A program made the position numbers and the translations under genes. Positions 27,650 through 40,656 of a stretch of DNA of 64,000 nucleotides are shown one piece after another; position 1 is the first letter of the stretch, and the number at the start of each line of letters is the position of its first letter. The DNA comes from Acanthaster planci (lineage: Eukaryota). The stretch is taken from contig NW_019091360.1 in assembly GCF_001949145.1 (NCBI RefSeq), forward strand, positions 1,210,529 through 1,274,528, given 5' to 3'. The notes beneath the pieces are model-generated. The model was given only the letters and a program-made list of their open reading frames with translations, searched no databases and was not told the origin of the DNA.

Positions 27650-30090
27650 TTGTATGCTTGTAAACAAATTAACTACAATTTACACTGAGGTGCTCAAGTT
27701 TAAACACAGTTATCAATTTTGTTAATGGTTGGCATCTACTATAGTGATCATATTCTAAGCAATCCCTGTTCATGCTGTTTATGGAAAGTTTACCGTAACT
27801 GTACTAAAGGATTTTCCATGGGCTTACGTCAGTGAGCGGGCATTTTCAGCGACTAGACAGTTTCTTTTTGATTTTTAGATTTTCATTGATCTATGGGTTT
27901 CTAACATTTGTTGTTGAGAACCCCCCTCGGCAGGTCACAGCTTATAGAATGGTTTCATTAGCACACAGTTTGAAAGACGACTACGTTTAGTCACTGTGAC
28001 GTCATCATTTCATTAGTTTCCCCCATGGATCCCATCTGTTATCATCAAGTCTACACGGATAGCGGCTGTACTATACGTAAGTAAAAAATGGATAAAAGCA
28101 AGCAATTATATTTACAGATTATCCATGCTTAAATCGATATCAGTTATTGTATGAGATAATATTACGATGTGCAGTATGTTGGTGAATCATTACGCATTAA
28201 ACATTGCTCACAATTTAGGTTCGTGGTGGTAATTTCCGTCTTTGAATTTGAAGAAGCTATTTTTCCTGGGAGTGTTGCGGAATCTAATGTAAGCTGGTGC
28301 TAGCCCATATGTACTACATGCATGACATGTAACATAGCAGTGTAGGTCTATGCGTTATGAATATAACGCTAGGCTGAGCTTAGTCTAGGCCCCACTATGC
28401 ACTACAATTCTAACAAAGCAAGGATAAGTTTCACATCCTTGGACCTCAGGAAAATAGGAAATGAATAAAGTCTTGTTCAGAATTGTTCATAGGCAAAGCA
28501 TGAATCAAACTGAGTTGAATATCTCATCTACATCTGGGGGATTTCATGGGGCAAATGCCACCATATAAAAGTATTGCAAAAAATGAATCAGTAAAACAAT
28601 ATCTGCCAAACGCTTGTCTCTTGTGGCTATGAGCAGTGAGCCATGTGTCAGTTGAATGGGGCAACATGGTTGGCAATTATTTTCTTAAAACTTGTGTATC
28701 CTAAATTCACATATTGCATGTTTGGGAGCGAGTTACATAAAATAATGGTTGGATATCTTTGTACTTAAGCCATTACTTTTCAAGCAAAACTTTTTAGATG
28801 GTTTGTAAACACGACATCAGAAAGAAATTTTTTAAATGCAAAATTTTTTTTTCCAGAATGGAATCAGCTGGAAAGAAAAGCATGAGGTTTTATCCAGGAT
28901 TGGATATTTTTCTGTTGAGGGAAGTAATTGCAGTCAATCCCAGTACCAAATTGTTGTAGGAAGCAATTAACAAAAAACTAAATGATGTTCCTAAGGAGTG
29001 AAATGTGTGTGTAGCTCCTGAGAGCATGTAGGGGAATGTGGGGCTACTGGTCCATCAGGGCAAGTGGCCCACTCCTAAGGATTTTGCAAGTTGTTTCTGC
29101 TCAGCTGCCCTCACTGGGCACAACAAAGGCATGTGGCCTTTGACCTTACATGTGCCTTCTACAACCACAGAGTTCAAGTGCCTACAGCTGGGTTTACTCA
29201 GAATAATCCTGATTTTTCTTCTGTTTGTTGTCCATCAAAACCTGCAAAACACGTCCTGCCTTTCTGCTTAGTAGTATTGCTTATGCAAGAGAAGTTTGAA
29301 CCACAATTTGAAGTATTTAACGTGGTAAAACGGACTTAAAATGGGTGGTAATGTGAAGCATGGTTGCCACGTTACAAGTCAGTGGTTATTTCTTACGAGA
29401 TCACAATGCATGGTAATGTTGGAGCATCAATAGCCGACTGGGTTTTTTTGTGCTGGGATTTTCAAAATGGCATCTTTCGAAGATAAAAACAACAACAAAC
29501 TGCTTGAAAGGGGTAGATTTTAACCCTGAAATAAGTATTTATTTAATCAATTATATGTTTGAATAAAATAGCCAAAAGAAAGGGAAGGGGTAGGCCTAAA
29601 TGAAACTGGGGAATTAAATCATTTTGTGTACAGTGGGAGCCTAGAATGGTTTGATAATGTGTTGTGTTCCTGCATCATCTTGGTTTACTGAAGGATAACA
29701 AAATGGCCGCCCGGCCAATTTTTGTTCTTATTTTGAAAACTCCTTAACATTTTGTTCAGAAATTTTATGGCTCATTTCTCTAGTTTATGTTTTTATTTTT
29801 CAGTTGTAATATTAAGAAATGTATTTTAATGGTAATAGTGCTACAATATTGGACATTATTCATTTATAATTCCGTATTGAAAATATTCGGGGCTACTGGA
29901 CCACCAGTTTTTGGGGCTAGTGGTCCGCATGGGCCAGTTGCCCCGCTGGTGTACATGTATTAACCATTTCCGTATGTTTTTTTCCCAGAAAGAGTTTAGT
30001 TGTTGACTGTTCATAACAGCTACATGTATATGTATCACCATGTGACTATATTTAATACTGTCGGTATTTTTTTATCTCTTTAAATGTAGA

Positions 30091-32124
30091 ATGGTGCGAA
30101 CATACAGTGCATTGAAGCGCAGGCCTCAAAATAAATAGGAGGCAGACTCAATGAGGACAGCTGTTGCTGCAGTAGCAAGTGGTAGGACCAGTCTTCGAGA
30201 TGCATCAAAACAATTCAATGTTCCAAGAACAACATTGACAAGAAGGTGCAGAAACCTGGTAGATCAAGATGCACCAGCACATAAGCGAACGGTACTCACC
30301 AAAGCTGAGGAAGACAGGCTCGCCCAATGGTGCTTGGAGAGGGAGTCTCGTCTATTTGGTGTTACCCCACAGCTGGTATGTGAAACCGCATATGCCATTG
30401 TTGAGAAATCTGGCAGGCCCCATCAATTCAACAAGATCGCCAAGAGGGCTGGCTACGACTGGTTGAAGCAATTCTATAAGCGGCATCCCCAGCTGACCAC
30501 TAGAAAGCCAGAAGCCCTCTCTGCTGCCCGTGCCAGGGCCATGAATGAAGTGGTTGTGGAGCGCTACTTCAAGTTGCTAGCAACCACATTAACAGAGCTA
30601 CAACTGAACGACAAACCTGCACAGATTTTCAACGCAGATGAAACCGGGCTTTCGTCTGTCCACAAACCACCAAAGATAATTGGCCAGAAAGGAAAGAAGC
30701 AGGTTCATTCTAAGACGAGTGCTGAGCGGGGTTTTAACACCAGTGTGCTGGCATGTGCAAATGCTGTGGGTAGTTTTGTTCCCCCTTTTGTCATTTTCAA
30801 AGGGTCACGATAATCCCCAGCCTTGACGCACAATGCGCCACCAGGGACACTATTTGGCTGCTCAGAAACATCCTACATGAACCCAAAACTCTTCTTCCAA
30901 TGGATCAAGTTTTTTGCACAGCAGATCCCCCCTGCCCGCCCTGTTCTCCGCATTGTCGATGGCCATGCATCCCAAACTGGCCTTGATACTGTTGAGTTTG
31001 CGAAAGAAAATCAGATTGAGATGTTGTGCCTACCACCTCACACAACTAACTGGTTACAGCCTCTTGACCGAACAGTTCTTGGTCCATTGAAGATGGCCTA
31101 TGACAGAGAATGTGCCAACTACATGAGCAAAAACCCAGGCAAAGTCGTGACAAGATATGAAATCTCAGAGCTCTTCTGCCGAGCTTACAGTCAAGGAGCC
31201 ACTGTTGCGACTGCCGTTAGTGGTTTCTGGGCAACTGGAATCTCCCCGTATAATCCTGCAGCAGTGCCAAAGGAGGCATTTAAGCCATCCATGGCATGGG
31301 TGTTGGTCGAAACAGGTTAAGGAGAAGAAGCAGCACAGGCAGAAAGAGAGGAAATAGCAACAGAAGATACTGAGAGTGAGGCAGACACTAATCTGCAACA
31401 AGATGTCTCATTGCTGCCGAAAGAAACCCCAAACACCTCAGTACCTCAAGTGCCACAGGATCTCCCCAGCGCATCAGGAGCATCAACCAGTACTAGTAGT
31501 AGACCCAGCTCAGCACTAGCTAGTTCATCATTAGCAGTGACTAGCAGTCAGGCAAGCTTGGCACCACAGCAGCAACCAAAGACTGGAAACGAGTGGCTGA
31601 CAGATTTACTACCACTGCCGACAGCTGCTGTCAACAGAACCAACAATAACAAGTGAAGACAAACAACAGCATCTCATGTAATGACAGCTGATGAAATCAT
31701 ACAGGAAATGAAAACCAAACAGGCACAAGAGGAATTGCGAGCCGAAGAGAAACAACAGAAGAAAAGGGAACGGGATAGAAAAGCAGCTGACAGAAAGAAA
31801 ATGGCCGAAGAAAAGAAAAAAGCACGAGAGGAGAAGAAACAACAAAGACAGGAGAAGGGCAAAGGGAAACAAATTGCCAAGAAACCACGCCCTCCCACAC
31901 CCTCATATGAAGGCTCAGACAGTGAAGAGGAGGATATGGATGAGGAAGACAACACGTTTTGTGCAAAGTGTAACGCACCGTGGATGGCGGATGAACCATG
32001 GGTTTCCTGTAGAGGATGCAAAGAGTGGTTCCATGAGGACTGTACAGGATGGCAAGGCGACATGAACTTGTTCATATGCACTGACTGTCGTGACCTGTAT
32101 GATTTGGCGAGTGGATCTGATTAG
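30091..32124 (+). pseudogene. pogo transposase (HTH psq + CENP-B HTH + DDE_1) with C-terminal PHD finger; 4 in-frame stops
   Basis: One frame from MVRTY (30091) to 32124 with stops at 30136, 30811, 31318 and 31654. Catalytic motifs IFNADETG, IVDGHAS, LQPLD (35-aa spacing). C4HC3 PHD: CAKC...CRGCKEWFHEDC...ICTDC. Confidence 0.92.
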
Positions 32125-32437
32125 ATTTAGTGTACATGGGTCCATGCATACAGTCTCAAGCAAACACAGATTGCTTCTGAACAGTTAACGCCAGTTCTTG
32201 CTAAATGTTTGTGCAATAGTGAATATGAATTCAATTCGTTGAAATTATGAGGATAGAAAATGTAAGATATTTTAGAGAAGGAAATTTGAGCTCTGTCACG
32301 ACATTTTGAACAACACATTTAACACTTTGGTGCTTCCAAGATATTGACAATTACCTGTTTGAAATGTTTATTATCCATTTACCAATTTTGACTGTCATAT
32401 ATGACTTTTTTAATGACAAATATTAAGGTTTAATGAT

Positions 32438-32475
32438 GTGGCCCACTTGCCCCATGGGTGGGGCAAGTGGGCCAC
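32438..32475. repeat. Perfect 17-bp inverted repeat (pogo subterminal motif)
   Basis: GTGGCCCACTTGCCCCA-tggg-TGGGGCAAGTGGGCCAC. Confidence 0.85.
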
Positions 32476-34102
32476 TTTTGGCTGGAATTTTGATTAATTA
32501 ATATTCATGTTTTAAATGAATGTTATTGATTTCAGTTTGGCAATCAACAAGTAAGTGTTTGGGCCATGTAATAAAATAAGGTTTGGCTATTTCCTTGATC
32601 TTTTGATGATTGTTACAATTGAAAATGTGCTTAAGCGGTCCAGTAGCCCCACCCTAAAGATCGCCTTTGCCATGTGCGAGAGGCACATCACAGAAGGGAT
32701 ACGAATGCATAAAGGGCATAAGAATTACTCAATATACTTAGGCCGTCTCGATTTTCAGAGCAGCTTCACATAAATTGTTTATAAAGCCTTTTTTTATAAA
32801 CCAAGGTGTTACTGCATGCTCCATGTACAGTAGTAGTACAACACATGCAAATTACCTGTTGGATGCATATACAGGTAAGGATGCATTTCTGGGTTTTTTT
32901 TGGGGGGGGCACTCTGGACTTTTATACGACTCTTATTGAATGAAGTCTTTTAATGTAATCTTCACTGTGCTATTTGTTCCATTTAACTTATTGACAGTCT
33001 TTATTTTGTCACTCGAGGACGTTTTGGTGTTTCCAAAAAGGGAAACCTCTGACTCCTCGGGGACGATGCAGTTAGGCTTAATAAGACAATATGTTTGTAA
33101 ATGTTTCACAAATGTGTCATTTCCTGTAGTTCACAAACGGATGAAGAGTATGATGAAATGGCCCAGCTTTTGACAGAACTTGCCGATTTAGACGAGGAGC
33201 GGAAAAGAGATGACAACAAACCATCTGAGAAAGATGTAAAAGATCTGCAAGGAGAAGACATCTGAGCTGCAGCCATGGAGTCACTGGTTGGAACCAGTAA
33301 GAAAAATGATGCAGAGGTGAGCAGTAGTCAGTGTTGTAGAACTCGTACTCGGTACTTGTACTCGAGTACCGTTTTCAGAGAACTTGTACTCGTACTTGTA
33401 CTCGGGCGTCCAAGTACTCTTACTCGAACTACAGTTCTTGTACTCGGGCTACAAAATACTCAGAACTCGACATCCAAAAATTGTACTTGAACATCAAAGT
33501 ACTCGTACTCGATTAACAGTACTCGATAAAAATATCCTTTAAGTTAACTTACCACGGCAGTTAAAATAAGGTACAAAAATATTGACTCCAATGACCCGAT
33601 ATTCAATACGGTTCTGACAAAAAGAAGGCCGAATGTGGGACCATTAACGTATACGACCCATTCGCCATCTGTGGGTATACTTAACCAATCACGTACGCGA
33701 ATTATATTATGGTACTCCAGAATGGTCCCGCGATTCACTTGGGCATTGGTAGTCTGGTTCCTGGGCCCGAAAATTCTAACAACGAACCCAGCATACAGAA
33801 AATCACAGGCATGTGAATTATTGAGTCTGGAAAATAGACTTTACCTTGTGTCAACTGCTGCAACGCACGTGTAGTGACCGTGACATTGCTAGCCAGATCA
33901 CTTGTTCTTGTAGCCATGTCATCTGCATCGACTGTTGTACAGTTTGGGGTCAAAGAATATCAAAATTTGTGCAGAATGGAATCAAACGCTACAGCGCATC
34001 CTGTTTGTTTTGTGCAACTCGTATCACGGAAAAGTGCGGGACAACATCAAACTTCATCAAGCATTTGCGGAAGAAGCACCCCATGAAGTAAGTATCATGA
34101 TC

Positions 34103-34526
34103 AGGGTCATGTTATTTAGCATCAATGAGCGTCAACAAAGCATCAACTAAGTATCCAAGCATTTTTATACAAATATTTTAGGCTATATTTACAATATTAG
34201 GAAGGCTCCTGCATGTCATATTCAACATATTATATTATCAAAAATGATATTTGAAGGTGGAAATTTGAGCGACAAATTTGGGCCTGCTCGTGCAGCCTGA
34301 CCGGCCGCCATCTTGTTTTCGCGTGGACGGTGGCGGAAAGAAAGATGGTGGCCTCCAAAGTTTCGTTTTTCTGTGTGAATCTGGAAGCAAATTCAGTGCT
34401 TCTTTTAGAGTCTCTAAATTAAGATAAACTACTTTTGAATTCTTAGAGGGTATTTTGAAGTTGTTGACTCTTTGTTGACGCTAGTTGTATGTGTTGACGC
34501 TTGTTGACGCTAAATTGTATGACCGT
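34103..34526. mobile_element. MITE family X, copy 1 (in intron 1 of the zf-BED hAT)
   Basis: TIR AGGGTCATGTTATTTAGCATCAA / TTGACGCTAAATTGTATGACCGT; colinear over ~420 bp with 62459-62905. Confidence 0.85.
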
Positions 34527-35736
34527 TATTTTACGCCTGCCAAAATTTAGGAAGTAGTTAATGATGAAGATGGGGAAAGTAGAAACTATTATTCTGTTCT
34601 GAAAGATTTCACTTTTATTAACGTCTAATGGCCCCTCCACAACTTGGCAATGTTTGTCTGGAACAGCATGACTTGCATGACTTCAGTTAATGATACTCAA
34701 AGCAGTGTTTGTGCTCATTTTTTCGCAGGAGTTTCTGATATGGAATTTGTGCAAATATTTAGTCAATTCTTTGTGTGAGATTGATTTTTATCAAGGATTT
34801 TGTTCATGTGAATTTTTTTCTGGGGGGGGTATGAATTCAGTGAAATATCTCCCCAAATTTTCTCTTGAAATGTTACATCGGTCATCAGAGAGTGATAATA
34901 TGTCCTAGAAAGTAAAATTAAAGAGAAGGAAATTTCAAAGAGTAAATTTATAATTACAGTTTTTTGTGAGTTTCAATGATTCTATGCACGGGAAATAGTT
35001 TCCATTTATAATAGATTGTATGTACATGTAATTTGTCATTTCAGATACAAGGAGTATCAAACCAAAGGATCACTCAAGCCTGGCCAAACAACACTGCGGT
35101 TTGGCCATTCAGAAGCAGCATCCACATTGGCTGAAGGGAAGATCTTTGACATCAGTGATCCTCGCCAGAAAGCCATCACTGATGCCCTGGTGAAAGACCT
35201 CATCATTGGTTGTTCACTACCAATAAGTGTCGTGGAGAAGGAGCGCTTCAGAAATTTCATCAGTGTGCTAAATCCACGTTACAGGCCCGTGGCCAGATCA
35301 ACTATCACATCATACCGAGGACGTGTACCCAGTACAAGGAGGAAATAAAGAAGAAGCTGGCAAACATAGACAAAATCACAACAACGGTGGACATTTGGTC
35401 AGACCGTCGTATGCGGTCCTTCCTAGGGATAACGGCCCACATTGTAGATGGCAGCACAGGGACCCTGCACCTGGAATCGTTCACGCTGTGCTGCAGGCGT
35501 TTCCAGGACAGCCATGCTGGGGACAAAATCTCTGCTGCCTTCGAGGAGGTTCTTGAGAATTTCATGATAAAGAACCAAATTGAGAATATAACAGACAACG
35601 CTTTGAACATGAAGAAAGCTTTCAGGGTAAGCCTGTAATGTCAATATGACCCTTTCTTGTATATTTGACAATACGTTTGATGGAAGATATTTTTTCAATG
35701 CTTTTGCAGAAATGCAACTTACATTTACATAGCCCT

Positions 35737-36092
35737 NNNNNNNNNNNNNNNNNNNNNNNNNNNNNNNNNNNNNNNNNNNNNNNNNNNNNNNNNNNNNNNN
35801 NNNNNNNNNNNNNNNNNNNNNNNNNNNNNNNNNNNNNNNNNNNNNNNNNNNNNNNNNNNNNNNNNNNNNNNNNNNNNNNNNNNNNNNNNNNNNNNNNNNN
35901 NNNNNNNNNNNNNNNNNNNNNNNNNNNNNNNNNNNNNNNNNNNNNNNNNNNNNNNNNNNNNNNNNNNNNNNNNNNNNNNNNNNNNNNNNNNNNNNNNNNN
36001 NNNNNNNNNNNNNNNNNNNNNNNNNNNNNNNNNNNNNNNNNNNNNNNNNNNNNNNNNNNNNNNNNNNNNNNNNNNNNNNNNNNNNNNNNNNN
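35737..36092. other. Assembly gap (356 N)
   Basis: Run of n. Confidence 1.
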
Positions 36093-37951
36093 GGTTTAAC
36101 AAACCAATTTATATTGCTCAATCTTGATTTGCACATATGTATCGTAAATGAATTGCATTCTCAAAAAATATCCTAAAACTTGGTATTGATTGACACAAGA
36201 CAGATTTAATAGGATTTGTAGGGAAAACAATACATGTAGTAGTAAATACACAAGCTACCACTACCTTGTGAAAGAAATGGTACTACTGGCTCTTCAGTTA
36301 TTCACTTTGTATGATTATCAACTGATTGTTATTGATGCTCATTATGGTCACTAAAGAGTATTTAACAGTCCAACAGACCTGCATTTCTGTCGAAACTTTA
36401 CCTTAATGAATTCAGTGACAGTTTCACACTGTAATGTTTGTCAGTATACACTTAAAGAGTTTTCTGATTTCCTCGCTTTGAAAGGTTTTTATTACGGCCA
36501 TACATATACGTGTGGTTCATTTTTCATATGAACATGAGTTTAACTTTATATACATCTACATGCAATGTAAATTTTTTTCATTCCATTCTATTTCATTTCA
36601 GGAATCTTGCTCTTACTCGAGGAAAAGTGTCAAAATTAACCAGCCTTCTGCACACATCAACAGTCTTCAAAGAAGCTTTTGAAGCTTCATTTGGTGACAA
36701 GTCAATACCAAGTTCAAACAGCACAAGATGGAACAGCACAGTCCGAAACCTTAAAGCCATCCTCAACTTGGATCAGCGCAAGCTTACAGAGGTCTGCTCC
36801 TCAAGGTGGGACCATCTTGTCTTGTCAACCAGAGAATGGAGCCAACTGAAGCAGCTGACAGAAGTGCTCCAGCCGTTCATGGAGGCAACTGACATCACCC
36901 AGGGGGAATCAGCAGTCAGTATCAGCTACATGTATGTTGTACCCACAGTTTTATCCTTGTACTTTGGGCTGTTGCAGATTGAAGATAGACGTGCTGACTA
37001 CCACTGCAAACCACTGGCTGTGGCACTGAAAAGCTCCCTCATCAAACGCTTCAATGGGATATTTGCTAATGTAGGGTACGTAAGGCACACAAGTCTTCAC
37101 TGGTCACGGTTGGTTTCAAGGGGAGGAAATCTTCATCTTTTAAAATACAGATCTTCGTTTCTGTTATTGTAGCTTAAAATCTTTAAATCGCAAAAAAAGA
37201 AGCCAGTACATGTAGTCATAGTATGATGGTTATCAAACATTTTCAAAAGAATTTCATGTTTGCATTTGGAAACAAGCATTTCTCCGGCCGATTTCGCAGA
37301 TGAAAATTCAGAAAATGACAATAAAAACTCTAGATTTCTAACGGAAATATTGCACACTTTATCCCCATTCTTCAAGTTTTATATGCAATGTAATGTTTTA
37401 TTCAAATAAATGCTTGATTTCAGAATGCTTGAAGGACACCCCAAACAGAACGATGCATTCTGTGACAAGTTGTACTTGTTTGCAGCAGTGTTGGACCCAC
37501 GGTTTGCTCTTCACTGGGTTGACCTTTATGTCGGTTGCAGCAGTGATGACAGACCTACTAGGAAGCAGCTGAGGAAAGATGTCAAGGCAGAACTGAAGGG
37601 CAGGCGTGAATCTGTCAGTAAAAAGGGCTGTGGCCATGCTGTTTATACTCTTGTCATCCCCAGAATAAATTTTCATGCTTAGTTTCTCTTCTTTTAGTGA
37701 TATGTATTAGAATTATAAGCTTGTCAATAAATGGCATGCATATCACCAGTAAGTCCTAAGTTTTGTGGCATGGTCTTCCTTTTACCTTTATCTGCTCAAA
37801 ACATGCTTGAAACTTAATGGAATCCATGTAAATGTACAATCACAATAATTATGCAAGTTCCTTAATGCTTGTACATGTCATGCATCTACATGTAATATAT
37901 TTTGCTTGTTATTGTTTTGTTATATGTTAACCCTCAAGAGCCCCCTGCATA

Positions 37952-38293
37952 TGTAAGAGGTGTGCCCCCCTTTTTTTGTTTACTAGTCCCCTTAAAATTT
38001 TACTCTTTATTGTTTTCTTTCTTTTGTCTGATACACCCCCAACCACTTTTTGTTTTTGCTGTTGGAGTTTCAACTTGGTTTAGCCCACTATACCTGTGCT
38101 TACTGTAGACAGTTAGATCCCCTTCTTAAAAGTGGAGTGACCCTGGATGGGGTGGTGTACTGGTCAGGGTGGTGTGGTCCAGCATGCTTCAGTGCTGTAC
38201 CATCCCCTACCTATTCCAACCACCTTGTCTGTGTTCTCTCCTTTTCAGCCGGCCAGCAATCAAGGGTCACAAGCCTCCCCCACCCCCATTACA
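37952..38293 (+). mobile_element. 5' LTR of a Gypsy retrotransposon
   Basis: TGTAA...TTACA termini (TGTAAGAGGTGTG vs CACCCCCATTACA), immediately followed by a PBS and gag. Confidence 0.7.
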
Positions 38294-38310
38294 CGTGTCA
38301 GAAGTGGGAT
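38294..38310 (+). promoter_or_regulatory. Primer-binding site complementary to tRNA-Leu 3' end
   Basis: cGTGTCAGAAGTGGGAT matches the tRNA-Leu PBS TGGTGTCAGAAGTGGGAT. Confidence 0.8.
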
Positions 38311-38326
38311 TGTTGGCACCTACATC

Positions 38327-39210
38327 ATGGAAGGAGAGAATGTGGTTAATGGTGGACCGGCACCTGCAGCCCACCACATCAGCTTCGTGCCAGTTGACCT
38401 TAAGGTCAATGTCTTTGCTAGGTTGAAGCAGAGCGTCAATGATCCTACCGTTGAGGATTGGGTTGAAGATATGTGGTCGCTGTTAAAGACCTGGAACACA
38501 CCGATTGACCAGCAGTCCCAAGTGCTGATCAAGTATTTGGGAGGGGAGGTGAAACGAGAGGTGCTGGTCATGCCGCAGGAGGAGCGACGTCGGGCAGACG
38601 ACATTTTTGCTCGACTTCTAGACACCTATAGAGACAGGGTAGCCGCTGCGGCGCTCCTGCAGATGTTTCACAGCAGGAGACAGAAGCCTACGGAGACACT
38701 AAGGGAGTTCTCGCTGGCATTGCAGGAAATCCTTGGGGGCTGAGACAATGAGATCCAGAAGCTGTCAACCGGCCCGACTCCTGAGGGACCGTTTTGTCAC
38801 CGGTTTAGACAACGTCGAGGTCCAGCGCATTCTGAAGATGGAACTCCGCGGGAGACCAGACATGTCCTTCAGGGACGTTACCAGCGAGGCCCTTCAATTG
38901 GCTGCTGACAGAGGAGAAGATGCCGGTGTGAAGGCTGCCAGTGTCCCCCAGGCCCGCTCCCCGATGCAGATCCCCCAGGACCCCTCTCAGATGCAAATCC
39001 TCCAGGCCACCCTTGAGAGGACTGTCCAACAGCAACAGGAGATGGCAGAGATGATGGCAGCCATGAGGTTGGAGTTAAACTAGCTCCGTTCCAACTCCTC
39101 ATCTGCCAAAGTAAGGAGACCCCCGAGACGGCAACCCAGATGGGACAACCAAGGAAACCCGATCTGCTTGAGATGCGACAGACCCGGGCACATGGCAAAG
39201 GAGTGTGACA
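38327..39210 (+). pseudogene. Gypsy gag (PNMA/retrotrans-gag-like capsid + CCHC knuckle), frameshifted; pol absent
   Basis: VEDWVEDM..YLGGEVKREV..FHSRRQKPTETLREFSLALQE, LLRDRFVTGL; RWDNQGNPICLRCDRPGHMAKEC at ~39138-39206. Confidence 0.88.
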
Positions 39211-39211
39211 C

Positions 39212-40656
39212 AAGTGTACAACAAATAAGTGGAACTGCCAACCACAAAATTTAGAAACATGTCTGCACACGTTTGCTGTCTCTTGAAAGAGCATTAGAAA
39301 GACTATTGGAACAATGGCCAGCATTACTGGAGTACTTCAAGAGAGAGGTAGCGACTACTCATAGGTCACAATCAGGAAAAAGAAAGAGTCCAAATGTGTC
39401 AAGTCAAGCATGTAAGAAACAGAAAAAGACTGTCAACCCTAATGCGAGAACAATTGTTACCAGTAGTCAACGTTCAAAGAGCACAAGCACAACTTCCGTT
39501 GCAAAGAGCAGCAGTGCACCAAAAGCATCTCAAGGAAAGACGGGTACCAGTGTCAGTGTTCAGAGTTCAACCTCTGGAGAACAATCTTCTGATATATCTA
39601 AGAGCAGTGCACCTAAACCATGTACTGGACAGAGCAGTGCACCATCTACCATCTATCAGTCATCTATCTGACTGTCAGTACAATGATCCAGATAACCTAA
39701 GAGCAGATTCTGACTTGATTTTGGGACAGGAAGTAAGAAACTACATAAGTGAACATCAGTTGACATCAAGTCAGTTGAGCAGCTTTTATGCATCTGTGAG
39801 AAAGTACTTCACCACTGTGTGTGACTATGTGATTAGCACATTCCCGCTAAATGATGAACTGTTGCAACATGCTAGTGTGGCTAATGTAAGAACAAGACTT
39901 GATGCCACATTCACATCAGTTTCATATTTTGTGAAGCGATTTCACTTCCTGGAGGACAAGCTGGATGAAATGGAGACCGAGTTTGCACATAACCAGAATG
40001 ACACTCAGGTGGACTCACTGGTGGAGACAAGAGCAGATGAAATGTGGATTAAAATCTCATTTATGAAGGACTAAGCAACAGGTCAACTTCAGTATCAATA
40101 TCTGCCCAAATTGATGCAGATGATACTTTCAATAAGCCATAGCAATGCTAAAGATGAGAGAATATTTAGTGTGGTATGCAAAAATGCAACAGAATTGCAC
40201 CCTAACCTAAGCACACCTGTACATGTACTCTCCAATTCACTTGTATCAAAGATATAGGGGAGCTGCAGTTGTTCCTGTGCATCAACAGGACTATAAAGTC
40301 AAACTGCTACAAAAGTGTAAAAGTGCAACTGCCAACTATGTCAAGGGAAAGTAATAATATTAGCCTGCAAGACCATAATCTGGTAAATGAATAAAGTGAT
40401 GATATTTAAAACTACATGTATGTACACAAGTACATGTATGTTACATGTACCACGAGGGCAATTATTATTTTACATGACTGTGTAAGTCACATATACTCTA
40501 TCCAGAAGTGGTTATATATGTAGTGGCCTTGAAAGGAGTACAAGTGACTTGTATCAATGATACTACATTGAGGTGTGCAGGTCCATATTACTCAAGAAAA
40601 TACAGTTTTTGAAGTTTAAGAGTACAGTTTTTTTATCCAGCAGGTTAGCATGTTTG
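39212..40656 (+). mobile_element. 3' half of a second hAT transposon (transposase relic + right TIR)
   Basis: HKI*KHVCTRLLSLERALERLLEQWPALLEYF (RW motif region); dimerisation-domain motif ILSISHSNAKDERIFSVV; C-terminus LLQKCKSAT; right end GGTTAGCATGTTTG resembles GGTTGGCAGATCTG at 63251-63264. Confidence 0.8.

Larger units (their letters stand above)
29031..32654 (+). mobile_element. Full-length pogo-family (Tc1/mariner superfamily, DD35D) DNA transposon
   Basis: TA TSD (29029-30, 32655-56). Left TIR GGGGAATGTGGGGCTACTGG; right CCAGTAGCCCCACCC (same TIR with a 5-bp deletion). Subterminal GGGC(T/A)A(C/G)TGG motifs; internal transposase. Confidence 0.9.
28858..33316 (+). pseudogene. Myb/SANT-like accessory protein (ORF2) of the PHIS element, split by the pogo insertion
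   Basis: 28858-29030 MESAGKKSMRFYPGLDIFLLREVIAVNP..; removing the pogo and one TA restores RACKDRL (continues 32657-32717). Next exon 33130-33316 SQTDEEYDEMAQLLTEL...EDI*AAAMESL. Several stops and a frameshift. Confidence 0.7.

Noticed and set aside
20300..27900. Protein-coding gene between the CHST cluster and the TE block
   Set aside because: Only short ORFs without recognisable motifs and scattered splice-like sites; no model could be supported.
31609..32163. Antisense ORFs over the pogo C-terminus (and similar shadows over the CHST exons)
   Set aside because: Shadow frames of real coding sequence with no independent motifs.
33340..33530. CRISPR-like repeat array
   Set aside because: 7-bp irregular motifs without spacers in eukaryotic DNA; these are hAT subterminal repeats.
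35423..36136. Long ORFs containing X runs
   Set aside because: Artefacts of the N gap.
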